DNA from: the human T2T-CHM13v2.0 reference genome, Homo sapiens
Length of the DNA stretch: 64,000 bases
Reading direction: 5' to 3' (one strand)
Assembly (NCBI RefSeq): GCF_009914755.1
Contig: NC_060930.1
Both the position numbers and the translations under genes were made by a program. This document shows positions 1-15,858 of the stretch, piece by piece. The first letter of the stretch is position 1, and each line of letters opens with the position of its first letter. A model generated the notes under the pieces. It saw only the letters and a program-made list of their open reading frames with translations. It did no database searches and was not told where the DNA came from.

Positions 1-38
1 TACTGAATTTGGTTTTGAATTTATATAATAATACTTGA

Positions 39-378
<340 letters not shown>

Positions 379-689
379 TGTTGTTACTATTTTTAATTGG
401 ATACATTTACATTTTCAATGGAACTAAATTGAGACTGTCTAACATATTGCAACATCCAAATCCAGCCAAAGACCCAAGAGAGTCAACAGAAAATTTATTG
501 ATGAGTTTCTTTCTTAAGAATGAAGCAGGAATGGATGATATTCACACAGATTTGGGGCTCTAAACATCTATATAACCTGGAAGAAGTTGTTAGACTTTCT
601 ATTGTTTCAACTGAGCAGATAATGGGTAGGGAAGAAGAGGATTCAAATATTGATAATTTCACAATAGCATGGGGCACCCTTCCTTTCTT

Positions 690-1636
690 CCTAAAAATTT
701 ATTTGACATACAAAAAGCTGTACATAATTAAAATGTATACAACTTGATGGAGATGTTTATATCCTTGAAATCATCATCACAGTTTATGCCATGAACCTAT
801 ATATCACCTGCAAAACTTACCCTTCTTGTTTTTATTGCTATTATTGTTATTGATAAAATAATTTAACTTAGATCTATACTCTTAAGTTTTAAAATATACA
901 GTACAGGATTATTAACTGTAGGTGTATGCTGTACAGATCTCTACGACTTGCTTATCTTACGCAACTGAAATTGCACTCTTTGACTAATGCCTCCACATTT
1001 TCTCTCACTTACCCCAGGCCCTGCCAACTACCATTCCACTCCCTGCTTCTATGAACTTAACTATTTAGAGTCACTATATAAGTGGTATCATGTAGTATTT
1101 GTTCTTCTGTCTCTGGCTTATTTCACTTGGCCAACGTCCCCCAGGTTCATCTATGTTGTCTTAGGTGGCAGGATTTCCTTCTTTTTAAGACTGAATAAAA
1201 TTCCATTGTATTTATATACTACATTTTCTTTATTTTCCCGTTAATGAACACTGAGGTTGCTTCCATGTCTTGGCTATCGTGAATAATGCTGCAATAACAT
1301 GGAATGTAGATGTCTCTTAGAGATCCCAATTTCAATTCCTTTGGATGTATATCCAGAAGTGGGATTTCTGGATTATATGATAGCTCTATTTTTAGTTGTT
1401 TGGGGAACTTCCATACGGTTTTCGGTAGTGGTTACACCAATTTACATTTACATCAACGGTATAAAAGGGTTCCCTGTTCTCTATATTCTCACTAAAATTT
1501 GATATATATGATATATGTATCATATTTGATATATATAATAACAGCCATCCTAATAAGTGTGAAGTGATCTCGTTGTTTTTATTTGCATTTCCCTGATGAT
1601 TTGTGATGTTGAGCACCTTTTCATATACCTGTTAGT
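690..1636 (-). mobile_element. Old L1 (L1MA/L1MB-type) 3' fragment
   Basis: Antisense L1M 3'UTR/ORF2-end motifs (GGTTGCTTCCATGTCTTGGCTATCGTGAATAATGCTGC; TTTGCATTTCCCTGATGAT...GTTGAGCACCTTTTCATATACCTGTT). Confidence 0.8.
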
Positions 1637-2816
1637 GGGGGCACTTTTATACAACTCGTTCTTTGTATCCTTTTCACAGTTCCTTCCCATAGAGTTGGTG
1701 TATAAAAAGTGTGCCACATTTTATAATTCAAGTATTAACTGACATGCAAACGCACACAGAGAGCTGGAAGAAAATTTAGAATTTAAAGGAAATGGCAGAA
1801 CTGGAAAACCAACAGTATCTGACATCAGACAATTGTCCTTTCAATTTGCCAGATGCCTTGCAGTTGGACTTTATAAACAAACTTGGTAGACAGTCATTTA
1901 TGATTTGAAAAAATCTAAGATCTATTACAAGTAAACCTTTCAGATTGGTTAAGAAATTAAAACCTTTACTATAATGCAATCTCATATAAGTATAGTGAGA
2001 AAACAACCAAAACACCACTGGGAAGGATTTTGAAAAACATATTTCCCAGGCTCCCAAGCACCTGTGATGCTGGAAAGAGCATAAATGTTTAAACATATCT
2101 CTGAGTTGCCAATAGATAATCACCACAGAAACCTTTATATAAATGTTTGAAAATAACACAAACTGTCATAGGCTATTCATGGACATATTGATGTTTAAGA
2201 AAACTGTCATTATGGAATGGAAAGATATCAACTTCAAGAGCTTAGTTATCTATGAAAAAGGAGAAGAGCTTCAACTTTATAAGATTTTTATTTACTCAAA
2301 AATTCTGAGTGGGAAGCAAATGGTGAAAATGTTCATATTTGTATGATTTCTTCACGGTAATTATATTCTTCTGTCATTTTTATAATTTTGAAATACTTCA
2401 TAATTATTCGATTTATTTAAAAAAAGCAGCAGCACAATGGAGATTGGAAGGGAATAAAAATCTGTACCTTCTTGAAAGTGTTTCTAGGTTCAGTCCTAAA
2501 GATGCTTGGGGAACATGTCAAACCAAACATTGTTATTAAAACAATATAGTCTCTGCAGTCTGAACTATAGAAGGCTTCACAACACAGAGGTTAATCCTAA
2601 TTTTAAATCATTGTGCCATATATCTTCATTAAATTAAATAATCTCTTCTTTCTGCAAAAGTTTTGTGATGCTGTGGTAAAATAGGAATCAGTTTATTTTT
2701 ATTATCACTTCGAGGATAAATGTTTTGCAAATTCTTCTGTATACATTTTGATATTTGATCCAGATAACAACATTGTTAGATAAAAAGGGTTGTCCTCATT
2801 ATCCCATGTTAAAGAC

Positions 2817-3380
2817 TACCATTTGACCCAGCCATCCCATTACTGGGTATATACCCAAAGGATTATAAATCATGCTGCTATAAAGACACATGCACACGTA
2901 TGTTTATTGCGGCACTATTCACAATAGCAAAGACTTGGAACCAACCCAAATGACCAACAATGATAGACTGGATTAAGAAAATGTGGCACATATACACCAT
3001 GGAATACTATGCAGCCATAAAAAATGATGAGTTCATGTCCTTTGTAGGGACATGGATGAAGCTGGAAACCATCATACTCAGCAAACTATCGCAAGGACAA
3101 AAAACCAAACACCGCATGTTCTCACTCATAGGTGGGAATTGAACAATGAGAACACATGGACACAGGGAGGGGAACTTCACACCCCAGGGACTGTTGTGGG
3201 GCGGGGGGAGGAGGGAGGGATAGCATTAGGAGATATATCTAATGCTAAATGACGAGTTAATGGGTGCAGCACACCAACATGGCACATGTATACATATGTA
3301 ACAAACCTGCACGTTGTGCACATGTATCCTAAAACTTAAAGTATAATAATAATAATAATAATAACAATAATAATAATAAT
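2817..3380 (+). mobile_element. 5'-truncated L1PA (L1PA4/5-like) 3' end with (AAT)n tail
   Basis: ORF2 C-terminus ([17 protein letters not shown]...LIGGN) plus 3'UTR; TSD TAAAGACTA at 2810-2818 and 3380-3388. Confidence 0.93.
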
Positions 3381-5715
3381 AAAGACTAGCAACCAAAGCT
3401 TTCTCCTCCCTGGTTACTCTGTGAGCACATTATCACACAGCTAATCTGTGATAGGGCAACTATTAGAAATCAGGATTTCTAACTTCCAGCAACTTGAAAC
3501 TTTTTTCTACGTCACCATTTTGTCCCCCTCATTACATGTCTTTCAAGTTGTGATTTTTCAAATTATCTTATTTTTTAACCAATAATATTTTAGTCGTGTG
3601 TCAATATGATGATAAAGGATTCCTAAGGAGAAAAATTAAAGAAAACCCTTCTAACAGTTTCTGTAACTCCTAAGTTCTATGATTCTCTACTTTCCTGTAA
3701 TTTCCCAGCCTCTATGTCTTTAGAGACAATGTGCCATCTTATTATTCATGAGATCCAAGTTGTCAGAAAGAACCAAAGAAAATAAATGTTATACGTATGA
3801 GAAGCAAACATACACTTTTAGGCAAAACTCAGTGCTATATAATTTCATTATTTTCAAAAATGGAGATTAATTAAACACATAGCCCATTGATTTAATTTTG
3901 TAATATTGTAAACGTTATAACTCTCTTAATGCTCACAAATTTTAACATTAGGAAAAATTTTTAGAAATGTGTATGTATTTTTGGTTTAGAAAATATGGTC
4001 ATCTCAGTGTATTGACACAACAGCCTAGAATTAAAGGTAAATGCTAATAATAATATAAACATACATTGAATCAGAAACTTGCAAAAATCTATTTGTTATT
4101 AAATTTTTTCATTTTTTTCTTAAGGAAGGCCATACGTTTTTTTCAAGTTTCTTTTAACTTTGCTTTCTATTTTTGTGGATGTCATTTTTCAAATAAAGCT
4201 AAGCTCTGAAGCAAATATGTGAAGAAATCAACATTTTCATGTTTCAGTTTTCTGTTATTATTGCTCTATCTCATCCCAAGATGCCTACAAACATTTTTAT
4301 CTCTGCCCTTTCTGAAATTGTCCAATTTCCTTTAATTTCTCTAACTGGAGTGTCATTATTATAGTTCCTGATTCTTACATGTGCCAAGAGACAGGTAATG
4401 GGAAAATCTTCCAAGAGGAAAAAGGTGGAGACTGAAACAAGGCTTATGACTAAGTTTTATGCTAATTGCCTCTAAAGAAATAAATTAAAGAACTAATTAT
4501 GGCAACTAAATTTATTCTCCTGAATTTAGTTGAGGAGAAAAGATCATGAATGACATTGTGGTAACACCTGAAAGAAATGCAAAATCAATGCATTTGTTTT
4601 ATTGGTGATCTATATTTATTACTGCTTATTCTTGCAGCAAATATCCTTAGAGCCTGCTTTCAACAAAGCTGTTTGCTTAGATGATTACATAATCCATAAA
4701 AATAATGTTTGATTGGTCTAACAGATAAGAATTATTCCTAATGAGTTTAGGATGGCAAAGGCTAATTAACAATTGTACAAATGAGACACCCTAAAAAACA
4801 AACAAACAAACAAAAATTAGCTTCTATCTATGTCTTTTCCACCTCACTATTTTTGTCCCACCCAGATAGCTATTGTATTTATTTGTTTTTATCTTGTAAT
4901 GTTTCCTTATTACATACATACATACACACACACACACGTGCACACAAAATGATTGTGGAAAAATCAACAACATATTCTCTTGCAAAATTTAAACACTTTA
5001 TAAAATTTTTCACTATGTTTTCCATATAGTTGGTGCATATTTGATACACACACACATAAGCATACACATATAAAAATTGTGCATAATTTTTTTCATATAT
5101 TGGCATACTATGTCAAAAATGTATTCTCTATGAATTCAAAAATATTCCAAAGGGAAAAAGAACATAATTGCTTAAGTGCTAGAAGGCTATGGTTTTATTT
5201 GTGACTGTGGTCTTTACTGTATGTCAAATTTGACTTCAGAGTTAGTCTAAGTTCCTATATGGTAGAAATTTTCTTATACTTTTTTAATCCTTTACAATAT
5301 CCATCACCATCACTACTGAAAACAGTAGTAGCTAAAATATATTGACTCGATATGCTTCAGTGTTCTTTACTTTCAAAAGAGAACAGGTGATCTTGGTCTC
5401 GCTACATAAAACTACAATTTTAATGGGGGAAGCGGGAAGCTTGTATTGTAATCTTGGCTGTTTTCTACTGTGCCTTGAAAACTTTTTTTATTTTCAATTA
5501 GTGAAGCCAAATGGAGCTCTTTTAGCCCTTACATTCTATTATTATACAGTATGATAATCTTATGGGTAGTATTTGGAACTAAGATGCATAGGTAGCTGAT
5601 CAATGCTCAATTTCACCCATAAGTATTGATAAATAAGGAAGCAGATCGGTATGAATAGAAAAAAAATAAAACTTACTGTACAGAGAGTGGTAAAGATGAA
5701 AAGGATATGTGGTCC

Positions 5716-6035
5716 CATTCATTCATTCAATAGCCGTTTGGGAACTTATTTTAATTGGGCATTGTGCTAGGTGTTTAGGAAACATTAACAAACTTAATTA
5801 TGATCCATGCCTTCTGAGAGCTTCAGGTCACAGTGAAACCGACATTATAAATGGATACAACATAAACATAAGCACATTCATATAGTAAATATGTAATTAA
5901 TTGAAATTCTGTTAAGTATCAAATCAAAAAAGCAAACACACTTGCAATGAGAAAGTGTCATAGGAGGAAATGCTTAGTGGTGAAAGCAGTTGGAAAAGGC
6001 AAAGCTCTTATGAAGAAGTGATTTTCAAGTTGATG
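5716..6035 (-). mobile_element. L2 LINE 3' fragment
   Basis: (CATT)n start followed by GGCATTGTGCTAGGTG...TGCCTTCTGAGAGCTT, typical of an antisense L2 3' end; highly diverged. Confidence 0.55.
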
Positions 6036-6074
6036 TAGCCATAGTTAGAACTGCTTAGAGAGAAGCACAGAATC

Positions 6075-6255
6075 TGACTTCATGAATCTCCTAATGTTCT
6101 CCAGACTCTAGTTCAATTCTTTCACAGGGTCCAGGTGTACTCCCTGATATTCTGGTCTGGGAGATGCTTTTGAGTCCTAATAATAAATCCCCTTTGGTTT
6201 AAACTGTAGGAAACATATTTATTTATTTGAGACCAAAGAACCTTCGGTACCATGT
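6075..6255 (+). mobile_element. MLT1-type MaLR LTR fragment
   Basis: AATAAATCCCCTTTGGTTTAAACT...GACCAAAGAACC resembles the MLT1J/K 3' end; diverged. Confidence 0.35.
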
Positions 6256-6801
6256 GTGCAAAAGCTGCATTTATACTGAAATGAGTCTTTATGTGATAGT
6301 GAGTATAAAAATGCATCATTTGAGGGTCTGATCTTCTTTGAATTGATACTCTAGCAGTTAGCATATTAGTAAATTTAAAACATACTGAATATGCCTATAT
6401 TTTTGAATAGCCTTCTTTCCTCAAAATAACCTATCTGAAGTGTTGACTTTGTAATCAGTTATAAATTTGTAGAATTTTTAGAGACAGAAAAGGCCCTCAG
6501 GAAATCGTGTTATTTTGAAGATAAGAAAACAGAAAAGAAAAATAGAAGAGATAGAGATACAGGGATGAGGTAAGACTGTAGAACTGATGTATAGTATGAT
6601 GTACAGGATGAAGCTAAGTATGATTGCCATTTTAAGGCTTTCTTTAAAAGTATTTGTCAAGTCACTCTTTAAAAATTTATAGGTTTGGCAAAATATATTG
6701 ATGACTCTTTGATCATATACCAGCTTTTCCAGACAGGGACAAGTCATCGGCACATGATTGCCTGCTACAACTACAACATACAATGTTGGGGTAACATTTG
6801 A

Positions 6802-7168
<367 letters not shown>

Positions 7169-8380
7169 TAATAATCTTGATTTCAATTTTTCCTTTATAG
7201 ATTAGTAGTACTAGTTTAGCCTGAATAAGATTATGTAGGACTTGGACTACCCGCAATTACTCACTTAACCAACTTTAAAAGTGGGCTAAGCAGCAGTGTA
7301 CTCGTGGTCACCACATTATGCCTAAAATACATCAAAGAGATGCCCCTCGGGCCAGATGATGGCATCAAATTGATTACATCATTCTTTGGCAGTAGAAGCT
7401 GAAGGACATTGAAATCACTGCAGCAATGCCCAGTGCCAAGACCTGAACCAACAGCTTGCTGGTCTCTTTCAAACTCTTTTAAAGGAACAACATAAGAAAA
7501 CTTCAAGCCCACATAAAATGGTTACGTATTGAGTTTATAGAGAATACGAAGATTTAACAATTCGTCATTACTGCAAAAAAATCACACCCAATATGCCAAT
7601 CTGCAAATATTTCATGGTATTCATACAAATAAGATTTAAGAGTATGTATATTGGTGGAAAAAGGAAAGCACATTAAAACCAGAAAAATTATTTTGAACAT
7701 AGTGTTGTTCATAATAGATAAAATTTTCTCACAGGGGAAGAATTTTGTTTGAATATCTAAAGGCTTGCTGACACAGCTGCAAGATAAGTTTCTCAACCAA
7801 TAAGTTTCAATAAAATCCGTAGTAGACACCTAAATTAGGGCAATTGAGGACAAAAGCTAGGAGAAAAGAGGGAGAAAAAAAGAACTTGTTTTATCAGGGT
7901 GCAAAAATACTTCTCAGCTTAATATGGATCAAAACACTCACTTTAGTAATATTTAAACTGTGATCCCAGATTAGTGCTATCTAAACTGAGGGCTTCAATT
8001 CCTAATCCTAGGCTTCTCAGCTGTTGATAATTGAATATACCATTTCTGTTGCTTACCACCTTGTGTGGTCATTACCAAACATAAAAACTGCTTGTCTTTG
8101 CAATGTGAGGAATAATACACATGATCATACCAAAATCTCAGATAGAAAAGTAAAATCGAATATCCTTTTCAGTCTGTGCTTAGGTTTCTTAGGCAGAATG
8201 CAGGTAATTTTTTTTTTAAAAGCTCTTCATACATTTGCAAAATGGTCTATTGAACTTTTCATTTCCAAATAATTACATTAGACTCTCCTAATGGGAACCA
8301 TTCGTTCCTTGCCTTATGTCTTTTTCTACAATGTTAAAACACATTGTTTTCTGTTAGTTGTTATGAGAATCCTGAATCAT

Positions 8381-8733
<353 letters not shown>

Positions 8734-8772
8734 TTACAGTTCCTTCTTGAATTGGATCAGTGAAAACACAGA

Positions 8773-8811
8773 GGCGCGCGCACACACACACGCACACACA
8801 CGCAGACACAC
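8773..8811. repeat. (CG)n(CA)n microsatellite
   Basis: GGCGCGCGCACACACACACGCACACACACGCAGACACAC, an alternating purine-pyrimidine tract. Confidence 0.85.
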
Positions 8812-10110
8812 TTCTTCCAATAGACACCTTTTAAAATAATATTTCTGTTTCTATCACTTAGAAATTAAATAAATTGGAAGTATTCATCACATGGAGTTTA
8901 TTCATTTTCAAAGCCAACCCTATTATTTAAGTTATTGTAAAAACACACATTTTTAGATTATATTTCTGTAGACTTAAAATAATAGTTTTAAAAGTAATAT
9001 CTATGTTTCTATCATTATAAGAGATGTCATTATATAAACATACATATATATGAAGGCATATCTATAAAAGGATACATAAATGTGTATGTCTATGACCAAA
9101 AATCAAAGCATGTGTATCTATCCCTGTCTATCATATCCCTCTCCAGCACATAAAGAACAAGTAATTTAAGTTTCTTTTTAACTTATGACATGTCATAAGT
9201 TATGGGTTATAACAAGGAATAAGGCCCTATACTAATAATATCAGTGACTATTCATTTTAACACACAAAGCATTTGATAGGCAAGGACTTCTTCTCAGACC
9301 AAATGAGAACATGTGTCAGGTATTTTTTTTCCCTTTACCTAATTCCACTGGAAAAAAAAATGTTCTTTTTATAGGCACAGCCTTCTCCTCAATCATAAGA
9401 TGTGGGTGGGTAAGTGGGACGATAGAAAAGTAATAGGATTGGAGAGTTGAGTTGAGTCTAGTGAAATATGGCTTAGGAAAAAAAAATGCCTGTAGAAACT
9501 TTTCTCGGAGCTAGGTTTCCTTGACTTACATAGTGGGGAGTCATGCAGCCAATACAACAGAAATGGTGGCTTTCAAAAGAGTCTTTTATTTTTAGCTCCC
9601 CTGGATTTCAAAAGAGGAATGTCTACAGGCATAAGGGTCATGGTTGTCATAGAAACTTATTCTAGATACTTCTAAAAACAAGATTTCTTTCTCCAATCTT
9701 GGTTTCTGCTCCTTGACCAGAAGCAGAAATAAAGTTAGAAAATATAAGAAGTTATTTTGGAGTTCTATAAGACTAAATAAAGTTAGAACATTAAAAGAAA
9801 GTTTAAAGAGAAAAAAAATGATTCTAGTGATATGCACAAAACTGAATCCTACTCTAGTGAGGTAAGTATACTGTAGAATACATCATGGATGTATAGCACA
9901 TTATGTGAAGTATGGTCTTTCTTACTTTTTGTATAATAAACCTTAATTTTATATTTAGATATCATTTAGAATATGTAAGCTGTTTGTGTCAAGGCTGGAG
10001 TATCACAGTCTCTACTGAGAGAATATGGAAGGAGGTTTGGGCCAGGAGTAAGAGTGGCCAAAACAACACCAGTACCAAAAGATGAAAGTTCAGATGAAAA
10101 AAATGTATGA

Positions 10111-10611
<501 letters not shown>

Positions 10612-10670
10612 TAGCTTCTGAGGCCAGGGTTGGTGCTAGTGATAAATGTAGAAAGAGAAGTAGAAAGTGA

Positions 10671-11360
<690 letters not shown>

Positions 11361-12503
11361 AGAAGTTGCTTTTTCATTGGCCTGGAGTAGACTATTAGTG
11401 CAGTTAGTAAGTCCTGCCCTGATGTGGTCCAATCTTTTCAACTTTTGCTGCTCCGACAATGGATGTGTAGAAGGCCAGCAACTTCTGCTTTAGTTGCTTC
11501 ATTGACAGCATCAAGACTGCAGCATTTCATGGTAAAATATAGGCAGCTATTTCTTAGAATCAGATGGTGGAAATATTTTGAAATTTCATTCAAGAGATTG
11601 CATTACCCAGGTACTGGAGTTTTATGGGATATTTTGCAAGAACAGTATTGAGTTGTTGGTTTCATATTATGAGAGTCTCTCTAAGGGATTCTCTGTAAAT
11701 TACTTTTGTGTAGAGGTAATATCTACTGAGTGAGGCTACCCCAAAAGACTTCCAATTGGAGAATTAAGATTAGACAAATGAGAAAAAGAATTAAATGAAG
11801 ACAACTTTTGATGTTATGCCTATTAAAAAAAGTTACCTCTTTCATTTTATTGTATTTGTAGAAAAGGAAGATTAGGATTTGTAAATATTTTGCTTTCTAG
11901 TTATCTGAAATGGCCAAAACCAGGTAAAATAGGTGTAAATGGCTTACAATTTTTACAGATTTTTATTATAAAGATAAAAATGTTCAGATACCCGAAATAA
12001 AAGACAAGATTTCTGAAATCAGGAAGGTGGGGTGAAATATTTTGAAGAAATAATGTTAATCAGCAGGTTAAGAAAGGAAGATGTATATTAACCAGAGATT
12101 GTTATATTAAAATATCAAACCTCACTTTCCACTCACATCTTATATTTCTCAAAAAACCCAGGCATTTCCTTTCTGTCCAAACATAATTTTCCCAAATCCA
12201 CACATAAATTAATGGGATGAAATCAGTACCATCTTGCTATGCTACTTCTTGACATGTTCAGTTCTGCACAGTGCCATGATGGATACATAACACCCTCTGC
12301 ACTGATTCCACATCCGGGTCTTGTAACTTCACATAATGTATCATTCTTGGGATGTAGGGTTATAGCTCTCTTGGTTTGTGAGGAAGCCACTTCCCAGAGG
12401 CAAATTATCTTTCAGAACTTGACTCAGCTCCGTTTCCCATGTCTTCCATTTTCTTTCTTCCATGCCAGTGATGATCTCCTCCGAGATGTGGAGTAATTGT
12501 TTT

Positions 12504-12890
12504 ATGTGGCACATATACACTATGGAATACTATGCAGCCATAAAAATTGATGAGTTCATGTGCTTTGTAGGGACATGGATGAAGCTGGAAACCATCATTC
12601 TCAGCAAACTATCGCAAGGACAAAAAACCAAACACTGCATGTTCTCACTCATAGGTGGGAATTGAACAATGAGAACACATGGACACAGGAAGGGGAACAT
12701 CACACACAGGGGCCTGTTGTGGGGTGGGGGGAGAAGGGGGGAGGGATAGCATTAGGAGCTATACCTAATGTTAAATGACGAGTTAATGGGTGCAGCACAC
12801 CAACATGGCACATGTAAACATATGTAACTAACCTGCACGTTGTGCACATGTACCCTAAAACTTAAAGTATAATAATAAAAAAAAGAAATA
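12504..12890 (+). mobile_element. 5'-truncated L1PA (L1PA4-like) 3' end
   Basis: ORF2 C-terminus ([14 protein letters not shown]...LIGGN), G-rich 3'UTR and A tail; no TSD found. Confidence 0.92.
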
Positions 12891-13485
12891 AATCTTCAAA
12901 ACACACCAATTCTTCTCACAACAACTCTTTTTTTTTTTTTTTTAAAGAATTGGGTCCCTTAACTTAACACCTACCTTCGTAAGACAGACAACATTCTATG
13001 TTTCCAAAGTGCATTAGTGTCCCCACATGTACTCTGATGTTTCTGGTTCATTTATTGATTTAGAAAAAAGGTAGCCCCGTGGAAAGGCACAAATCGAAAG
13101 CAGTTTAAACATTTTACATTGCTTTTCATTTTAAAATTCAAGAGGTGCTTCAAAAGTTTATCTCTTAAGTACGTCGCTTTTTAACAAGGAAAGGTTAGCA
13201 ACTGTAAAAATATTGTCAAGAAATGTGGAAACAACTTTATCTCCTTGTTATGAGTATTGTGAGTTAGAATATTGTCATGGAATATGTTCCTAGAGAATGA
13301 AGAAGTTTCTACATTTTAAAAAACCCTGTTAATTATATAGTTTGAATATATCAATCTAGAAGCAGTGCTTCAGTTCAAAAGAAGTTGTCTGTGGCAAAAC
13401 TTGGAAATAATTAATCTTGAATCTCATTACTGCATCGTCTTTACTTCAGAGACCTCTTCATTCTCCATTCCTGAACCATGTCATC

Positions 13486-13486
<1 letters not shown>

Positions 13487-13524
<38 letters not shown>

Positions 13525-13620
13525 TATATATATATATACGTGTATATATATATATATATACACGTATATATATATATACACGTATATATATATATATACG
13601 TATATATATATATATACACG

Positions 13621-13655
<35 letters not shown>
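13487..13655. repeat. Compound (TA)n/(CA)n microsatellite with recurring (AC)ACGT interruptions
   Basis: Seen directly; source of the YI-repeat ORFs. Confidence 0.97.
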
Positions 13656-13657
<2 letters not shown>

Positions 13658-13745
13658 AAGGGCTTACCGTGTGTTTTATTCTCCATTTATGCTCTCTGTC
13701 TCTGAGTGTATTTGCTCGAAACTGTTCCTAAAGAAGTTTTCAAGT

Positions 13746-13785
13746 GCTACAATTATAAGTTAGTTGCTACAATTATAAGTTAGTT
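13746..13785. repeat. Perfect 20-bp tandem duplication
   Basis: GCTACAATTATAAGTTAGTT x2. Confidence 0.95.
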
Positions 13786-14776
13786 AATAATAAACCTCTG
13801 AGATATAATGGAATTACTATAAAATAGAGGAAAGGTGTGAGAGGTAGATTTTTGGACTGGGCAAAACGTATTGCTTAGCACACTTTCTGTAGTATGGAAT
13901 AGTTTAACTCTTGTGAATAAGAAAAGCTCTAATTTCTAAACGTTTACAACCCTACATAGGTAAGGATGTCAATTCTATCCGGTAAGTTAAAAATGTTTGT
14001 TAAAGATGTTTCAATTTAAGTAGAGCTACTTACCTTGTGATGAAACTGCTAACATGTTATTAGTTTATTAGCATTCCCATGACAATGAAAATAGATTTGG
14101 GCCAGAAGTTCATTCAAGTGAGAAACCTTAAATTCTAAATACACATAGGTATTAATAGGGCTTAAATTCATGAAGTAATAGCCATTTATATAGTTTGATC
14201 TATAAACATACGTGGCACATTTTTAATGCCAAAGATATTCAATGACTTCAAATTAGTCACTGTTATCCTCACCATAAGTGTTAAGAATGAAGACTGTGTG
14301 TATAGAGCCCACCCTTACATATAGCAGTGAAAAAGATCTGCTCAATCATCAAAGTAGAAAACTAAAAAAAAGGTAGCTTTTAAATTACCTTTATATTTTA
14401 TGTGAAGTACATTTTCATTAAAATGTTATTAAATCACCATTTCACATTATTAAAAATAAACTTAAATTTCATAAGACTAATTTTGTTATATGTCTTAAAT
14501 TCTGATCTTGAGAAAGTCTGAATAGCATTAAGAGTTGCACTAAACATGTGCTCTGTGAAAGACCTACAGGAGCTTGAGGGGTACCTAAGACTGAATTTTC
14601 CACCATTTCAAAGGGATGACGCCGCAGAATCAGATTTTGATTTAATAAAAATAAAATACTATGATAACTTCTACATATATAAATGTTTTAAATAAATTTT
14701 AAATTCCTATTTGAATATCTTTTGATCTATTTGGATATTGAAATATATAGATAAATTGGATTTTAGGTATCTATAC

Positions 14777-15006
14777 CAGGGGTGTCCAATCTTTTGACTT
14801 CCCTGGGCCACAATGGAAGAAGAATTGTCTTGGGACACACATAAAATACACTAACACTAATATTAACCATAGTTGATGAGCTGACTAAAAAACAATTTGC
14901 AAAAAAATTTCATAATGTCTTAAGAAGTTTATGAATTTGTCTTGGGCTGCATTCAAAGCTGTCCTGAGCCACATGCGGCCTGTGGGTCACAGGTTGGACA
15001 AGCTTG
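14777..15006 (+). mobile_element. MER30 (hAT-Charlie non-autonomous DNA transposon)
   Basis: CAGGGGTGTCCAATCTTTTG...GGTTGGACAAGCTTG termini, 230 bp; degenerate 8-bp TSD ATCTATAC/ATCTACAT. Confidence 0.9.
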
Positions 15007-15132
15007 ATCTACATCAATATAAATATAAATGAGATATAGATAATTGTTAGTTCTATATACTTGAATATCTTTTGAGGGGTCAGTATTTAAGTTAAAGGAA
15101 TGGCATGTGGGCAGTACAACTTTTAATATCAC

Positions 15133-15858
15133 TGTATAGAGCACACTTGACGTAACTAACTCCATCTTAGAAAAAGACTCCATTTGATATTTCATAGGGC
15201 ACTTTGTCAGCAAGAATAAGGTGTTTCATTTAATAAATAACAACAACAAAAAATAAAGACTGCATCCAACCAGATAAGGACACAAACAAGCACACTCTTC
15301 CATTATCAGTTCTCACCAGAGGACTCTGTGATTATAAAAGATTAGACCTCCAGCAGCTTAAAATGGCCATCTTAACTGACACCATTTTGCATTCACTCGT
15401 GATAAGAACTTGGCATCTGCCACTGAAGGCTCTGCCACCTCAAAGACTCTTCCTTGCAAGGCTTGATGGACTACCAGGCCCAGACCAAGAATCCTTCCTT
15501 TTGTCTTCTTTGCTTCCCCTGGACCGGTTTGTTACCCTTTCTTCTATCTTTTTTTCTCTTGATGTGAAATGTTACTTTGTGTGTTGTGGCATGCTTAACT
15601 TGTAGAATTTATATATTGATTATATATACTATTATGTATGGTTTGCAATATTGACTGACTTGTGGAGTGGCTTGGGCCTGTGTGCCTGCAGCTCTGACTA
15701 TCGAGTGGATGGGAAGTACTAAGTTGAATTACCTCCTTGGGAACTCCATGTAGCTAGTAGCTTTTGTGATTAAAATAGCATCAGGAAAAGCCTGACATTG
15801 TGGAAAGATACAAGCATGTATGGACCTGGTTATTTCTAACTTTGCTCTGCTCATGACA
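15133..15858 (+). mobile_element. Solo ERV LTR, ERVL class (MER76-like, tentative)
   Basis: TG...CA termini, 726 bp, perfect 5-bp TSD ATCAC at 15128-15132 and 15859-15863; ACTCCATCTT motif near the 5' end. Confidence 0.8.

Noticed and set aside
1776-2159. 127-aa minus-strand ORF
   Set aside because: Composition typical of random AT-rich DNA; no recognisable domain or splice context.
9596-9867. Plus-strand acceptor/donor pair (TTTTTAG|...GAG|GTAAGT)
   Set aside because: Such motifs are common by chance in AT-rich DNA; no coding or other support.
13365-13763. Overlapping 65-132 aa Tyr/Ile-rich ORFs
   Set aside because: Translations of the (TA)n/(CA)n microsatellite.
14028-14375. Minus-strand acceptor/donor pair
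   Set aside because: 328-bp AT-rich interval with no independent support.
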